This document shows positions 48,807 to 58,728 of a DNA stretch of 64,000 bases, piece by piece. This DNA comes from an uncultured Collinsella sp. Lineage in GTDB: Bacteria > Actinomycetota > Coriobacteriia > Coriobacteriales > Coriobacteriaceae. The stretch covers positions 28,706 to 92,705 of the forward strand of contig CBCSNG010000005.1 in the NCBI GenBank assembly GCA_965141635.1. The letters run 5' to 3'. A program made the translations under genes and the position numbers. Numbering within the stretch: the stretch's first letter is position 1; each line of letters starts with the position of its first letter. Below the pieces are notes generated by a model, which ran no database searches, had not been told where the DNA came from, and saw only the letters and a list, made by a program, of their open reading frames with translations.

Positions 48807-48836
48807 AGGGTCGGCTTTATGTCGGCCCTCTTTTTT
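48807..48836 (+). terminator. Intrinsic terminator upstream of alaS promoter
   Basis: agggtcggc-tttat-gtcggccct-ctttttt. Confidence 0.75.
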
Positions 48837-48862
48837 GCACTTGCGCGGCGGGATGGTAATAT
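48835..48862 (+). promoter_or_regulatory. Sigma70-type promoter for alaS
   Basis: TTGCAC-N16-TAATAT with TG extension. Confidence 0.55.
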
Positions 48863-48908
48863 CGTTACGTTTGAACTGTTTCGATGTGAAACCGAGGAGA
48901 TTCCCTCT

Positions 48909-51566
48909 ATGAGTGCTGACTACCCGTCAATGACTACGGCCGAGATCCGCTCCAAGTTCCTCAACTTCTTTGAGGAGCGCGGTCTTAAGCTCTATCCTTC
49001 TTCGTCCCTTGTTCCCGACGACCCCTCGCTGCTGCTTGCCAACGCCGGCATGAACCAGTTTAAGGAGTACTACCAGGGCAAGAAGACCATGAAGGAGATC
49101 GGCGCGATCTCCTGCCAGAAGTGTGTCCGCACCAACGACATCGACTGCATCGGCGAGGACGGCCGTCACCTGTCGTTCTTCGAGATGCTCGGTGACTTCT
49201 CCTTTGGCGGCGTCTCCAAGCAGCAGGCTTGCGCTTGGGCCTTCGAGCTCATCACCAAGGAGTTCAAGCTGCCGCTCGATCGCCTGTACTTTACCGTCTT
49301 TACCGAGGACGACGAGACCCACGACGTGTGGCGTTCTCTGGGCGTTGCCGAGGACCACATCTCCCGCCTGGGCGAGGACGACAACTTCTGGGCCGCCGGC
49401 CCCACCGGCCCCTGCGGTCCGTGCTCCGAGATCTACTTTGACATGGGCGAGGAGGTCGGTTGCGGCAGCCCCGACTGCAAGCCCGGCTGCGACTGCGACC
49501 GCTTCCTTGAGTTCTGGAACCTCGTGTTTACCCAGTACGACCGCCAGGAGGACGGCTCCATGCCGGAGCTGCCGCACCGCAACCTCGATACGGGCATGGG
49601 TCTGGAGCGCATGGCCGCCATCATGCAGCACAAGACCGCCAACTACGACGGCGATCTGATGCAGCACCTCATCAAGCTCGGTGAGAAGATCAGCGGCAAG
49701 ACCTATGACGCCGACGATTACTCCGGCGCCAGCCGCTCGCTGCGCATCATCGCCGATCACTCCCGTGCCGTCGACTTTATGATCTCGGACGGCATCCTGC
49801 CCGGTAACGAGGGTCGCGAGTACGTCCTTCGCCGCCTGCTCCGCCGCGCCGTGTTCCACGGTCGCCTGCTGGGCATCGAGGGTGCCTTCCTGACCAAGTT
49901 CATCGACGAGGTCAACGCCCAGATGGGCGAGGCCTATCCTGAGCTGCTCAAGAACGTCGCGCTCGTCAAGGGTATCGTCGCTTCCGAGGAGGAGCGCTTC
50001 TCCACGACACTCGACAACGGCCGTGTCTACCTGGACGAGGCCCTGGCTGCTCTTGCCGAGGGCGCCGTGCTTCCGGGCGATGTTGCCTTTAAGCTGCACG
50101 ATACCTTTGGTTTCCCCATCGACCTGACCGTTGAGATCGCGGGCGCCGCTGGCCATGACGTCGACATGGACGGCTTCACCGCTTGCATGGAGGACCAGAA
50201 GGCCCGCGCCCGTGCCAACGCCAAGGGCGATGCCTGGGGCAGCTTCAACGACGTGTGGGTCGAGCTTTCCGACAAGGTCGCTGCGACCGACTTTGACGGC
50301 TATGACAACGACGTTATCGAGGGCGCCAAGGTTGTCGCTATCGTGCGCAACGGCGAGTCCGTCGAGTCTGCCGCCGCGGGCGAGGATGTTGAGGTCGTGC
50401 TCGATCGCACCCCGTTCTATGCCGAGATGGGCGGCCAGCAGGGCGATGCCGGCGAGCTTTCCGCCGAGGGCGTTTCGCTGACCGTTTCCGATACCAAGAA
50501 CCACAACGGCCTGTATGCCCACGTTGCGCACGTCGCCGAGGGCACGCTGACCGTCGGTGCTACCGTGACCGCCGCGCTCGACGCCGAGCGCCGTGGCTTC
50601 CTGCGCCGCAACCACACCGCCACCCACCTGCTTGACGCCGCCCTTAAGCAGGTCCTGGGCGAGCATGTCTCCCAGGCTGGCTCGCTGGTGACGCCCGAGC
50701 ACCTGCGCTTTGACTTCACGCACTTTGAGGCCCTGTCCTCCGAGCAGCTCAAGGCTGTTGAGGATCTGGTCAACCAGCAGATCTTCGCCTCCAAGCCAGT
50801 TGTGACCCGCGTCATGGGCATCGACGAGGCCAAGGCCGCCGGTGCCGTCGCCCTGTTTGGCGAGAAGTATGGTGACGTCGTCCGCGTCGTTTCCGTGGGC
50901 GCCGAGGACCAGCCGTTCTCCCGCGAGCTCTGCGGTGGTACGCATGCTGCCAACACTGCCGAGATCGGCCTATTCAAGATTATCTCCGAGTCCTCCACGG
51001 GCTCGAACGTCCGCCGTATCGAGGCCGTTACCTCTAAGGGCGCCCTCGACTACATGGCCGACCGCCTGGCACTCGTTGACGCCGCTGCCGCTGCGCTCAA
51101 GTGCCGCGTTGACGAGGTTCCCGCTCGTGTGGAGAACCTGCAGGCCGAGCTGCGCGAGACGTCTAACAAGCTCAAGAAGGCGCTGACCGGTGGCTCCTCC
51201 GACGCTATCTCCAGCGCCATCGAGGGTGCCGTCGAGCTCGACGGCTATAAGCTCGTCGTCGCTGAGCTCCAGGGCCTTGAGGCCGCCGACCTGCGCAACG
51301 TTTGGGATACCGTGCACCAGAAGGTCGCCGGCCCCGTTGCCTGTGTTGTTGCCAGCGTGACCGAGAAGGGCACCCCGGCCCTGCTCGCCGCCGGCTCCGA
51401 TGACGCCGTGAAGGCCGGTTTCCACGCCGGCAACGTGATTAAGCAGATTGCGGGCCTGGTCGATGGTCGCGGTGGCGGCCGTCCCAACATGGCCCAGGCC
51501 GGTGGCAAGAACGCTGCCGGTATCGCCGATGCCCTCGCGGCCGCCAAGACCGCGCTCGGCGCCTAA
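48909..51566 (+). CDS. alaS: Alanine--tRNA ligase
   Basis: NAGMNQFK, GPCGPCSEI, DTGMGLER, HTATH, ELCGGTH, GRGGG. ATG follows GAGGAG. Confidence 0.99.
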   Translation: MSADYPSMTTAEIRSKFLNFFEERGLKLYPSSSLVPDDPSLLLANAGMNQFKEYYQGKKTMKEIGAISCQKCVRTNDIDCIGEDGRHLSFFEMLGDFSFGGVSKQQACAWAFELITKEFKLPLDRLYFTVFTEDDETHDVWRSLGVAEDHISRLGEDDNFWAAGPTGPCGPCSEIYFDMGEEVGCGSPDCKPGCDCDRFLEFWNLVFTQYDRQEDGSMPELPHRNLDTGMGLERMAAIMQHKTANYDGDLMQHLIKLGEKISGKTYDADDYSGASRSLRIIADHSRAVDFMISDGILPGNEGREYVLRRLLRRAVFHGRLLGIEGAFLTKFIDEVNAQMGEAYPELLKNVALVKGIVASEEERFSTTLDNGRVYLDEALAALAEGAVLPGDVAFKLHDTFGFPIDLTVEIAGAAGHDVDMDGFTACMEDQKARARANAKGDAWGSFNDVWVELSDKVAATDFDGYDNDVIEGAKVVAIVRNGESVESAAAGEDVEVVLDRTPFYAEMGGQQGDAGELSAEGVSLTVSDTKNHNGLYAHVAHVAEGTLTVGATVTAALDAERRGFLRRNHTATHLLDAALKQVLGEHVSQAGSLVTPEHLRFDFTHFEALSSEQLKAVEDLVNQQIFASKPVVTRVMGIDEAKAAGAVALFGEKYGDVVRVVSVGAEDQPFSRELCGGTHAANTAEIGLFKIISESSTGSNVRRIEAVTSKGALDYMADRLALVDAAAAALKCRVDEVPARVENLQAELRETSNKLKKALTGGSSDAISSAIEGAVELDGYKLVVAELQGLEAADLRNVWDTVHQKVAGPVACVVASVTEKGTPALLAAGSDDAVKAGFHAGNVIKQIAGLVDGRGGGRPNMAQAGGKNAAGIADALAAAKTALGA

Positions 51567-51575
51567 GTAGTCGCT

Positions 51576-52004
51576 GTGGTCGCGCTCGCGCTGGACATAG
51601 GGGAGACCAGGATCGGCATCGCCGTCTCGAGCCGTGATGGCAAGATGGCGATGCCCGTCAAGGTGCTTCCGGCCGTTGAGGTTACCGGTATGGCCAAGAC
51701 GTTCCGTTACCTGGTCGAGGACTATGAGCCCGACATCTTGGTAAGCGGGCGTCCCCTGACCATGGCCGGCGAGCCTGGCCCCCAGGCCGAGCGCGTTGCC
51801 GCCATAGCGCAAAAGATCGCCGACGAGCTCGATCTTCCGCTGGAGTTTGAGGACGAGCGCCTGTCCTCGCAAGAGGCCAAGCGTATCCTGCGCGAGCAGG
51901 GACTCAACGAAAAGCAGATGAGGGGCAAGATCGACATGATCGCCGCCAGCCTGTTCTTGCAGACGTGGCTCGATCGCAAAAACGAGGAGGTTTCGCATGT
52001 CTAG
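51576..52004 (+). CDS. ruvX: YqgF/RuvX pre-16S rRNA nuclease
   Basis: ALDIGETRIGIAVS, DERLSS, IDMIAA; follows alaS. Confidence 0.93.
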   Translation: MVALALDIGETRIGIAVSSRDGKMAMPVKVLPAVEVTGMAKTFRYLVEDYEPDILVSGRPLTMAGEPGPQAERVAAIAQKIADELDLPLEFEDERLSSQEAKRILREQGLNEKQMRGKIDMIAASLFLQTWLDRKNEEVSHV

Positions 52005-53352
52005 CGCTTTCGATCCGCGCCAGCAGAGTCGTCAGGGTCAGTCCGTGCCACGCCCTGCTCAGCCTGGCCAGCGCCCGGCGCAGCCGACGCAGCGTTCGGC
52101 TCAACCTACTCGGCGTACTGCTCAACAGCCCGCCGCTCGTCCCGCGCAGCCCGCGGGCGGTTCCCGCTTTAAGCAGCAGGCTCCTGCCCAGCGTACGCAG
52201 GGACAGGCACCGCAATCACGCTCCCACGCACATCATACTCATGGCTCGCACGGCGTTGCTCCGGCCACGCGCTCGAGCTATAACACGCGCGCTCGCCGTG
52301 GTGCCCAAAAGAAAAGCTCCCCGGTGCCTATGATTATCGGTGGCGTCGTCGCCGTGCTTGCGCTTGTCGCGATCGTTTTCTTTGTCGTGCCAGCTGTCAA
52401 GGGCTTTTTTGCTGGTGAGGATGCGAAAGTCACTGCTGGCCAGCAGGTTACTATCACTATTCCCGATGGTGCCTCGGGTGACAGCATCGCTTCGATTCTC
52501 TCCGAGAACCATATCGTCGAAAATCCCAAGGATTATTACGCGGCGGTCAAAAAGCTCAACGCCGACATGTCGCTCAAGCCCGGCACCTACTCGTTCACCA
52601 CGCTCATGGACGCGACCGAGGTCGTTCAGCAGCTCATGGAGGGCCCCAATGCGGGCTCCGATGCACTGACTATTCCAGAGGGCCTGACGGTTGATCAGAT
52701 CGCCGATCGCGTGGCCAAGGCATACGACAGTATCTCCAAGGAAGACTTCCTCAATCAGGCAAAGGCCTCCAACTATGTGAAGGACTATAGCTTCCTTGAG
52801 GGCGCTGCAAACGATTCGCTCGAGGGCTTCCTATTCCCCAAGACCTATTCGTTGGGTAAGAAACCGAGCGCCGATGATGTGATTCGCGCCATGCTCGATC
52901 AATTCAACACCGAGTACAAGTCGCTCGATTTTGCCGGCTGCGAGGCCAAAATCAAGGAGCGCTACGGCGTGGGGATGTCCGATTACGACATCATCAATCT
53001 CGCTTCCATCGTTGAGCGCGAAGGCCTCAACGCCGAGCAGCGCGCGCATGTCGCCTCGGTGTTCTACAACCGTCTTGCCGGCAAGCTCGATGGCCTGCGT
53101 TACCTCAATAGCGATGCGACCATGATGTATGTCACCGGCGGCGAGGTTACCGCCGACGACCTGCAGAGCGATAGCCCGTATAACACCTATAAGCACGAGG
53201 GCCTGCCGCCCACGCCCATCTGCTCTCCGTCACTCGAGGCGCTCAAGGCAACCCTTGAGCCCACCGACTCCGATGACCTGTATTTCTACATTACGCAGGA
53301 CGAGGAGTATTTCTCTCAGACCTACGAAGAGCACCAACAGTCTTGGAATTAA
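51997..53352 (+). CDS. mltG: Endolytic transglycosylase MltG
   Basis: Disordered N-terminus plus TM; IPEG, EGFLFP, ASIVERE, SPYNTY, GLPPTPI. Confidence 0.95.
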   Translation: MSSAFDPRQQSRQGQSVPRPAQPGQRPAQPTQRSAQPTRRTAQQPAARPAQPAGGSRFKQQAPAQRTQGQAPQSRSHAHHTHGSHGVAPATRSSYNTRARRGAQKKSSPVPMIIGGVVAVLALVAIVFFVVPAVKGFFAGEDAKVTAGQQVTITIPDGASGDSIASILSENHIVENPKDYYAAVKKLNADMSLKPGTYSFTTLMDATEVVQQLMEGPNAGSDALTIPEGLTVDQIADRVAKAYDSISKEDFLNQAKASNYVKDYSFLEGAANDSLEGFLFPKTYSLGKKPSADDVIRAMLDQFNTEYKSLDFAGCEAKIKERYGVGMSDYDIINLASIVEREGLNAEQRAHVASVFYNRLAGKLDGLRYLNSDATMMYVTGGEVTADDLQSDSPYNTYKHEGLPPTPICSPSLEALKATLEPTDSDDLYFYITQDEEYFSQTYEEHQQSWN

Positions 53353-53354
53353 AC

Positions 53355-53852
53355 ATGAGGATTTTCAGCCCCAAACGATATGTTGCCTCGGTCGACCGCA
53401 TCGACCTCGATACCCTGTGGGCCGACGGCAAACGCGCCATTTTGCTCGACCGCGATAACACCCTGGTGCCGCGTGATACCGAGCAGGTTCCCGCTGCCGT
53501 CTCGGCTTGGCTCGACGCCGCTCGCTCCAAGGGCTTTAAGCTGTGCATGGTGTCGAACAACTGGCATCGCGACCAGGTCATGCGCTCCGCGCGCGAGCTG
53601 GGGCTCGAGGCCATCAGCCATGCCATGAAGCCTGCACCGTTTGCTCTCAAGGCCGGTCTTAAGCGCTTGGGCGCCACGACCGATGAGGCCGTGCTGATCG
53701 GTGACCAGCTGTACACGGACGTGTGGAGCGGTAACTTTGCCGGCGTCGACACAATCTTGGTAAAGCCGCAGGCCACGCAGGACCTGTGGTATACGCAGAT
53801 TTTCCGTATCTTTGAGCGCCGGGCCCTGCGCGACCTTCCCTGCGAGGAATAG
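53355..53852 (+). CDS. YqeG family HAD IIIA phosphatase
   Basis: DRDNTL, VSNN, KP, IGDQLYTDV motifs. Confidence 0.93.
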   Translation: MRIFSPKRYVASVDRIDLDTLWADGKRAILLDRDNTLVPRDTEQVPAAVSAWLDAARSKGFKLCMVSNNWHRDQVMRSARELGLEAISHAMKPAPFALKAGLKRLGATTDEAVLIGDQLYTDVWSGNFAGVDTILVKPQATQDLWYTQIFRIFERRALRDLPCEE

Positions 53853-53860
53853 GTTTCGTC

Positions 53861-54394
53861 ATGTCCCAGCACACCAAGCACGGCTGCGACCATATCTTCT
53901 TTATCGGGTTTTTGGGTGCGGGCAAATCGACGCTCGCGCGCAACGTGGGCACCATGTTCAAGCGTCGGTTTATCGATACCGACCGCCTGGTCGTGCGTCG
54001 TTGCGGCAAATCGGTAACCGAGATTTTTGAGACCGAGGGCGAGGAGCGTTTTCGCGAGCTCGAAACCTCGGCACTCCGTTCGCTCCAAAGCGAGCGTAGC
54101 CTGCTGGTTTCGTGCGGTGGCGGCATTGTCGAGACGCCGGTCAATATCGAGCTCATGCACCAGATGGGTACCTGCGTGTACCTCGAGGGTGACTTTGAGG
54201 ACTCGATGCGCCAGATCCGCCGCTCCGACACGCGTCCCGATTTCCGCTCGCCTGAGCATGCGGCGCGCTTGTTCGAGCATCGACGTCCGCTGTATCGCCA
54301 AGCTGCCGATCTTACCCTCGATATTCGCAATAAGTCCTTTGAGGACGTTTCCTATGTTTGTGCCGAGATGCTTTTGGAGCGTGGACTGCTATGA
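53861..54394 (+). CDS. aroK: Shikimate kinase
   Basis: GFLGAGKST, DTD, GEERFRELE, GGG, RP, RRPLY. Confidence 0.9.
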   Translation: MSQHTKHGCDHIFFIGFLGAGKSTLARNVGTMFKRRFIDTDRLVVRRCGKSVTEIFETEGEERFRELETSALRSLQSERSLLVSCGGGIVETPVNIELMHQMGTCVYLEGDFEDSMRQIRRSDTRPDFRSPEHAARLFEHRRPLYRQAADLTLDIRNKSFEDVSYVCAEMLLERGLL

Positions 54395-55500
54395 TTCGCC
54401 GTCAACTCATCAATTTCCAAAACCGCAGCGTCGATGTTCGCGTCGGCTTTGACGCGTTTAGCGAGCTGTCGCGCATGTTTGCCTCGGTCGTGGGCAAGCC
54501 CAAGCGCGCGATGGTTGTCTGGAACAGCGCTGTGTCCGATCGCTTTACTGAGATCGTTGAGCACGCTCTGGTTGATGCCGGCTTTGCTGTGTCGGAGCTT
54601 TCGCTTGAGGTTTCGCCTGATGGCGCGACCTTGGCTGACGCCGATACTGTCTTTGGCGCACTGTCGGCTAACGGTATTACCTGCGATGACTTGGTTGTTG
54701 CTGTTGGCGATGCCGCAACCTGCTCGGTTGTTTGCTGGTGCGCCAACCAGTGGTGCGGACGCACGGAGTGCGCCTTGCTGCCGATGACCTTCGACGCTAT
54801 GCTCACGGTCGCTACGACGATGGAACCGCTCGTCGCTTCGGGCGACCACACGCTGCCCGCCATCGCGGTGCGCCCCGAGCCCGGTCTGGTCGTGTGCAAT
54901 CTGGACCTTGTTCGCGAGGCCAACCCCGAGGACCTTAAGCTTGGCTATGCGGTGCTCGTGGGCACTATGCTCTCGAGCAGCAAGTCGCGCTGGAACCAGT
55001 TCTCCGAGACGGTCCCAGAGATTCTTGCCGGTGAGGAGGTCGCGCTCGTCAATGCTGTGCAGTGGTCCCAGACCGCGCGCAAAGACGTGCTCATGGCCAC
55101 GAACCCCAGCGCTCGCCATGCGCTCGATTTTGGCAAGACGGGGGAGCGCACCCTTCGCGCCTGCCTGGGCGATGCCGCGGCGCACGTCCCTGCATACCAG
55201 CTCCTTTCCGAGGGTATGCGCTTTGAGGCGCGCCTAGCACATGATGCCTGCGACTTCGATATCGACTACGTGTTTGAGGTCGATGACTGCCTGGAGGACT
55301 TTGGCATCGAGGAACTTGCCTTCGACCTGGAGCCCACCGCGTTTATCGAGGAGTTCCGCAAGCAGCAGTTCGCTCGCTCCAATCGTACGATGCTGCCGCT
55401 GCCTGCGGCACTTGGCGCCATTCGTCTTAACGCCGTGGACGACGATGTACTCGAGCGCCATGCGCAGGCGTATCTGGCTTCTCGCAGGGAACTTCTCTAA
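54391..55500 (+). CDS. 3-dehydroquinate synthase-fold protein with degenerate active site
   Basis: aroB position and size (369 aa); remnant motifs DLVVAVG, LPMT, RHALDFG; canonical catalytic residues not found. Confidence 0.7.
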   Translation: MIRRQLINFQNRSVDVRVGFDAFSELSRMFASVVGKPKRAMVVWNSAVSDRFTEIVEHALVDAGFAVSELSLEVSPDGATLADADTVFGALSANGITCDDLVVAVGDAATCSVVCWCANQWCGRTECALLPMTFDAMLTVATTMEPLVASGDHTLPAIAVRPEPGLVVCNLDLVREANPEDLKLGYAVLVGTMLSSSKSRWNQFSETVPEILAGEEVALVNAVQWSQTARKDVLMATNPSARHALDFGKTGERTLRACLGDAAAHVPAYQLLSEGMRFEARLAHDACDFDIDYVFEVDDCLEDFGIEELAFDLEPTAFIEEFRKQQFARSNRTMLPLPAALGAIRLNAVDDDVLERHAQAYLASRRELL

Positions 55501-55630
55501 TTTTATTGACATCCATCGTCTTTCGTATCATTTTGAAGGACGGGTTTTAATCGGTTGCGAATCGTTTACGGTTCCGTGCGCTGATTGAGTTCGTCCCGCT
55601 TTTATTGAGGACATCAAGAAAGGAATCTGC

Positions 55631-56761
55631 ATGTCTGAGTTTGCTGCCGGTCCTGCCGGTCGTATCGAGCGTGTCCGTGCCCTGATGGCCGAGCGCGGCT
55701 ACGACGCCATCGTTGTGCGCGACGAGGCCAATCTCCGTTGGCTCACGGGCGTGAAGGGCGTCTTCGACTACACATTCGAGTTCCCGCACGCCGCGTTTAT
55801 TACGGCCGACCAGTGCCTGTTCCACACCGACTCGCGCTATCTCAACAGCTTTGAGGAGAACACGCCCGCCGGCAGCCCTTGGGTCTACGACATGGACGAG
55901 GGCACCATTCCCGGCTGGGTCGCCGGCAAGATTGCGGCCAACAAATGCCGCGTCTGCGCTGTCGAGGATGACATGCAGATTAACTTTTACCAGGGTATCC
56001 AGCGTGGTCTGGAGGACCGCTCCGTCGCCTGCATGCTGCCGCTGATGCACGACGACATCCGCAAGATGCGTGCCATCAAGGATGCCGAGGAGATCGAGCT
56101 CATGCGTCACGCGCAGTCGATCACCGATGCCGCCTTCCAGCACATGCTCGGCTTTATTAAGCCCGGTATGACCGAGAAGCAGGTCCGCAACGAGCTTGAG
56201 AACTTTATGTTCGCCAACGGTGCCGACAGCCTGGCCTTCGGCTCCATCGTGGCGAGCGGTCCTAATACCGCCAACCCGCATGCCGTCCCGAGCGACCGTG
56301 TGATCGAGAAGGGCGACTTTGTCCTGATGGACTACGGTGCGGGCTACTGCGACTACCGCTCCGACATGACTCGTACCGTCGTGATGGGCGAGCCCACCCA
56401 GGAGCAGCTCGACCTGTACGCGCTCGTGCGCCGCACGCACGAGGAGTGCGTCGCCGCCATCCATCCGGGCGTCGAGGGCAACGACATTTTCAATCTTTCC
56501 AAGAAGATCATCGGCGATGCCGGCTATGGCGATTACTACAACCATGGCCTGGGCCACGGTGTGGGTATCGACATCCACGAGCTGCCCAACTTCAACCGCA
56601 GCAAGAACACCATCGAGGTCGGCTCGGTTATCACCATGGAGCCCGGCGTGTATCTGCCCGGTGTGGGCGGCGTGCGCCTGGAGGACTACGGCGTCGTCAC
56701 CGAGAACGGCTATGAGCCCTTCACCAAGACCCCGCACGACCTGCACATTATCGATTGCTAA
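55631..56761 (+). CDS. Xaa-Pro aminopeptidase (M24B)
   Basis: TDSRY, DYG...[29 protein letters not shown]. Confidence 0.95.
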   Translation: MSEFAAGPAGRIERVRALMAERGYDAIVVRDEANLRWLTGVKGVFDYTFEFPHAAFITADQCLFHTDSRYLNSFEENTPAGSPWVYDMDEGTIPGWVAGKIAANKCRVCAVEDDMQINFYQGIQRGLEDRSVACMLPLMHDDIRKMRAIKDAEEIELMRHAQSITDAAFQHMLGFIKPGMTEKQVRNELENFMFANGADSLAFGSIVASGPNTANPHAVPSDRVIEKGDFVLMDYGAGYCDYRSDMTRTVVMGEPTQEQLDLYALVRRTHEECVAAIHPGVEGNDIFNLSKKIIGDAGYGDYYNHGLGHGVGIDIHELPNFNRSKNTIEVGSVITMEPGVYLPGVGGVRLEDYGVVTENGYEPFTKTPHDLHIIDC

Positions 56762-56783
56762 AACATCCCGTTGGGTTTTTGAG

Positions 56784-56826
56784 GCGGGGCGTCCGGAACG
56801 ATTCGGGCGCCCCGCGTTCTCTTTTT
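56784..56826 (+). terminator. Intrinsic terminator after peptidase gene
   Basis: gcggggcgtccgga-acga-ttcgggcgccccgc plus T-rich tail. Confidence 0.8.
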
Positions 56827-56920
56827 ATGCGCTCGCCGCAGCCGCCGTCTGCAAGTGTATAATTCCGCTCGTATGTAATTTGGACGTTTGTGCGTCTAGC
56901 CAATAACAAGAAAGGTCGCT

Positions 56921-57484
56921 ATGCCTACTATCTCTACCGCCGACTTCAAGAACGGCCTCGGTCTCCGCATTAAGGACAAGGTCTACACCATCGTCGAGTT
57001 CCAGCACGTCAAGCCGGGCAAGGGCGGCGCTTTCGTGCGCTACAAGACCCGCGACATCAAGAGCGGCCGCGTCGTCGAGAACACCTGCAACGCCGGCACC
57101 AAGTTCGAGAGCGTCATGCTCACCACCCGTGAGTTCCAGTACCTCTACAACGACGGCGCCGACTACATCTTCATGGATAACGAGTCCTACGAGCAGGTTC
57201 CCGTTCCCGAGGATATGGTGGGCGAGAACGCCAAGTGGCTGCGCGAGAATGACACCTGCCAGCTGCTCTTCGCCGACGACGAGCTCATGGGCGTGACCCC
57301 GCCGATGTTCATCGAGACCACCATCGTCCAGACCGACCCGGGCTTCAAGGGCGATACCGTCCAGGGTTCCACCAAGCCGGCCACCATCGACACCGGCGCT
57401 GTCATCCAGGTCCCCATGTACCTCAACGAGGGCGAGGTCATTAAGGTTGACACCCGCGACGGCAAGTTCGTCTCCCGCGTCTAG
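56921..57484 (+). CDS. efp: Elongation factor P
   Basis: HVKPGKGGAFVR, KGDT, KPA, VDTR. Confidence 0.98.
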   Translation: MPTISTADFKNGLGLRIKDKVYTIVEFQHVKPGKGGAFVRYKTRDIKSGRVVENTCNAGTKFESVMLTTREFQYLYNDGADYIFMDNESYEQVPVPEDMVGENAKWLRENDTCQLLFADDELMGVTPPMFIETTIVQTDPGFKGDTVQGSTKPATIDTGAVIQVPMYLNEGEVIKVDTRDGKFVSRV

Positions 57485-57508
57485 CAACCAACTCTTCTAG
57501 GAGGACTC

Positions 57509-57871
57509 ATGCCCCAGGAAATCAAGATTGACGGCATCGGCATTTCGCCCGATGTTCTGACCGCCATCGTCTCGCGCGCCGTCACGGATGTCGAGGGCAT
57601 CGCCTCCGTGGGCGTCAAGGACCTTGCCACCAACCTTGTCTCCATGATGCTTTCGTCCAAGGCCCCGGCTTCTGAGCCGGCGGTCGAGGCCGAGGTCATC
57701 GGCGATAAGCTCGCGCTTACCGTGCGCGTCGTGGTGTTCTTTGGCTATCCGTTCAAGAAACTCGCCGAGGCCGTTCGCGCCGCCGTGGTTGCCGCCATCG
57801 ACGCCCAGGTGGGCGTCGAGGTCGAGCGCGTTGACGTTTGCATCGACGGCCTCGTTTTCCCCAAGGAGTAA
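57509..57871 (+). CDS. Asp23/Gls24 family protein
   Basis: ISPDVLTAIV...VEGIA...VDVCIDGL pattern; efp-asp23-nusB order. Confidence 0.85.
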   Translation: MPQEIKIDGIGISPDVLTAIVSRAVTDVEGIASVGVKDLATNLVSMMLSSKAPASEPAVEAEVIGDKLALTVRVVVFFGYPFKKLAEAVRAAVVAAIDAQVGVEVERVDVCIDGLVFPKE

Positions 57872-57874
57872 CCT

Positions 57875-58459
57875 TTGAGCCTTAAGGTTTATCGCGGGCG
57901 TACGCTTGCCCGCAGTCAGGCGCTGCAGCTGCTGTTTCAGGCCGAGGCCACGGACAGCCCGCTCGAGCGCGTCCTCGAGGGCGATTTCCTGATCTCGAAG
58001 GGTCCCCTCGATCCCTACGCGCTGGAGCTGTGCCGCGGTGCCTACGAGCACATCGACCGCATCGACTGCGCCCTGCGCTCCGTCGCCAAGAACTGGGATC
58101 TTATGCGTATGCCCGGTGCCGACCGCAATCTGCTGCGTATCGCCGTCTATGAGATGCGCTTCCTCACCGACGAGGAGGTCTCGGACGCCATCGTGATCAA
58201 CGAGGCAGTCGAGCTTGCCAAGGCCTATGGCACCGACCAGTCCGCGTCGTTTGTCAACGGCGTGCTGGGCAAGATCGCTCGTAGCGAGGAGCTGCCGGGC
58301 GAGGACCTCTATCAGGAGCTACTGGCCGAGGACCGTGCCCGCGAGGAGGCCCAGGCCGCCGAGGCTGCCGCCAAGGTTGCCGCCGCTCAGGCTGCGGCCG
58401 GCGTTCTCGACGAGGATGCCGAGGTCGCCGAGGCCGAGACCGGTACCGTCAAGGAGTAG
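57875..58459 (+). CDS. nusB: Transcription antitermination factor NusB
   Basis: ARSQALQLLF, DRNLLRIAVYE, INEAVELAK, FVNGVL. Confidence 0.97.
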   Translation: MSLKVYRGRTLARSQALQLLFQAEATDSPLERVLEGDFLISKGPLDPYALELCRGAYEHIDRIDCALRSVAKNWDLMRMPGADRNLLRIAVYEMRFLTDEEVSDAIVINEAVELAKAYGTDQSASFVNGVLGKIARSEELPGEDLYQELLAEDRAREEAQAAEAAAKVAAAQAAAGVLDEDAEVAEAETGTVKE

Positions 58460-58461
58460 CC

Positions 58462-58728
58462 ATGCCAGAGGGTTCCGTCCGCAACTTCGACGAGATCTCG
58501 GACCGGTTGGACCAGATTATCGCGACCGTTCGCTCCAAGGATACGTCCCTGGAGCGTTCGCTCGATCTGTTTGACGAGGCGATTGAACTGGGCTCCCGTG
58601 CGGTCGATATGGTCGACAAGTTTGAGCTGACGCCTCGCGAGGCGGATAAGCTCGAGCAGGAATACGATGAGGATGCGGCAAACGAATCCAAGGATAGCCA
58701 GGCCGCGTCTCCTGATACGAATGGTTGA
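58462..58728 (+). CDS. xseB: Exodeoxyribonuclease VII small subunit
   Basis: FDE...LDQII...SLERSLDLFDEAIEL pattern; follows nusB. Confidence 0.8.
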   Translation: MPEGSVRNFDEISDRLDQIIATVRSKDTSLERSLDLFDEAIELGSRAVDMVDKFELTPREADKLEQEYDEDAANESKDSQAASPDTNG

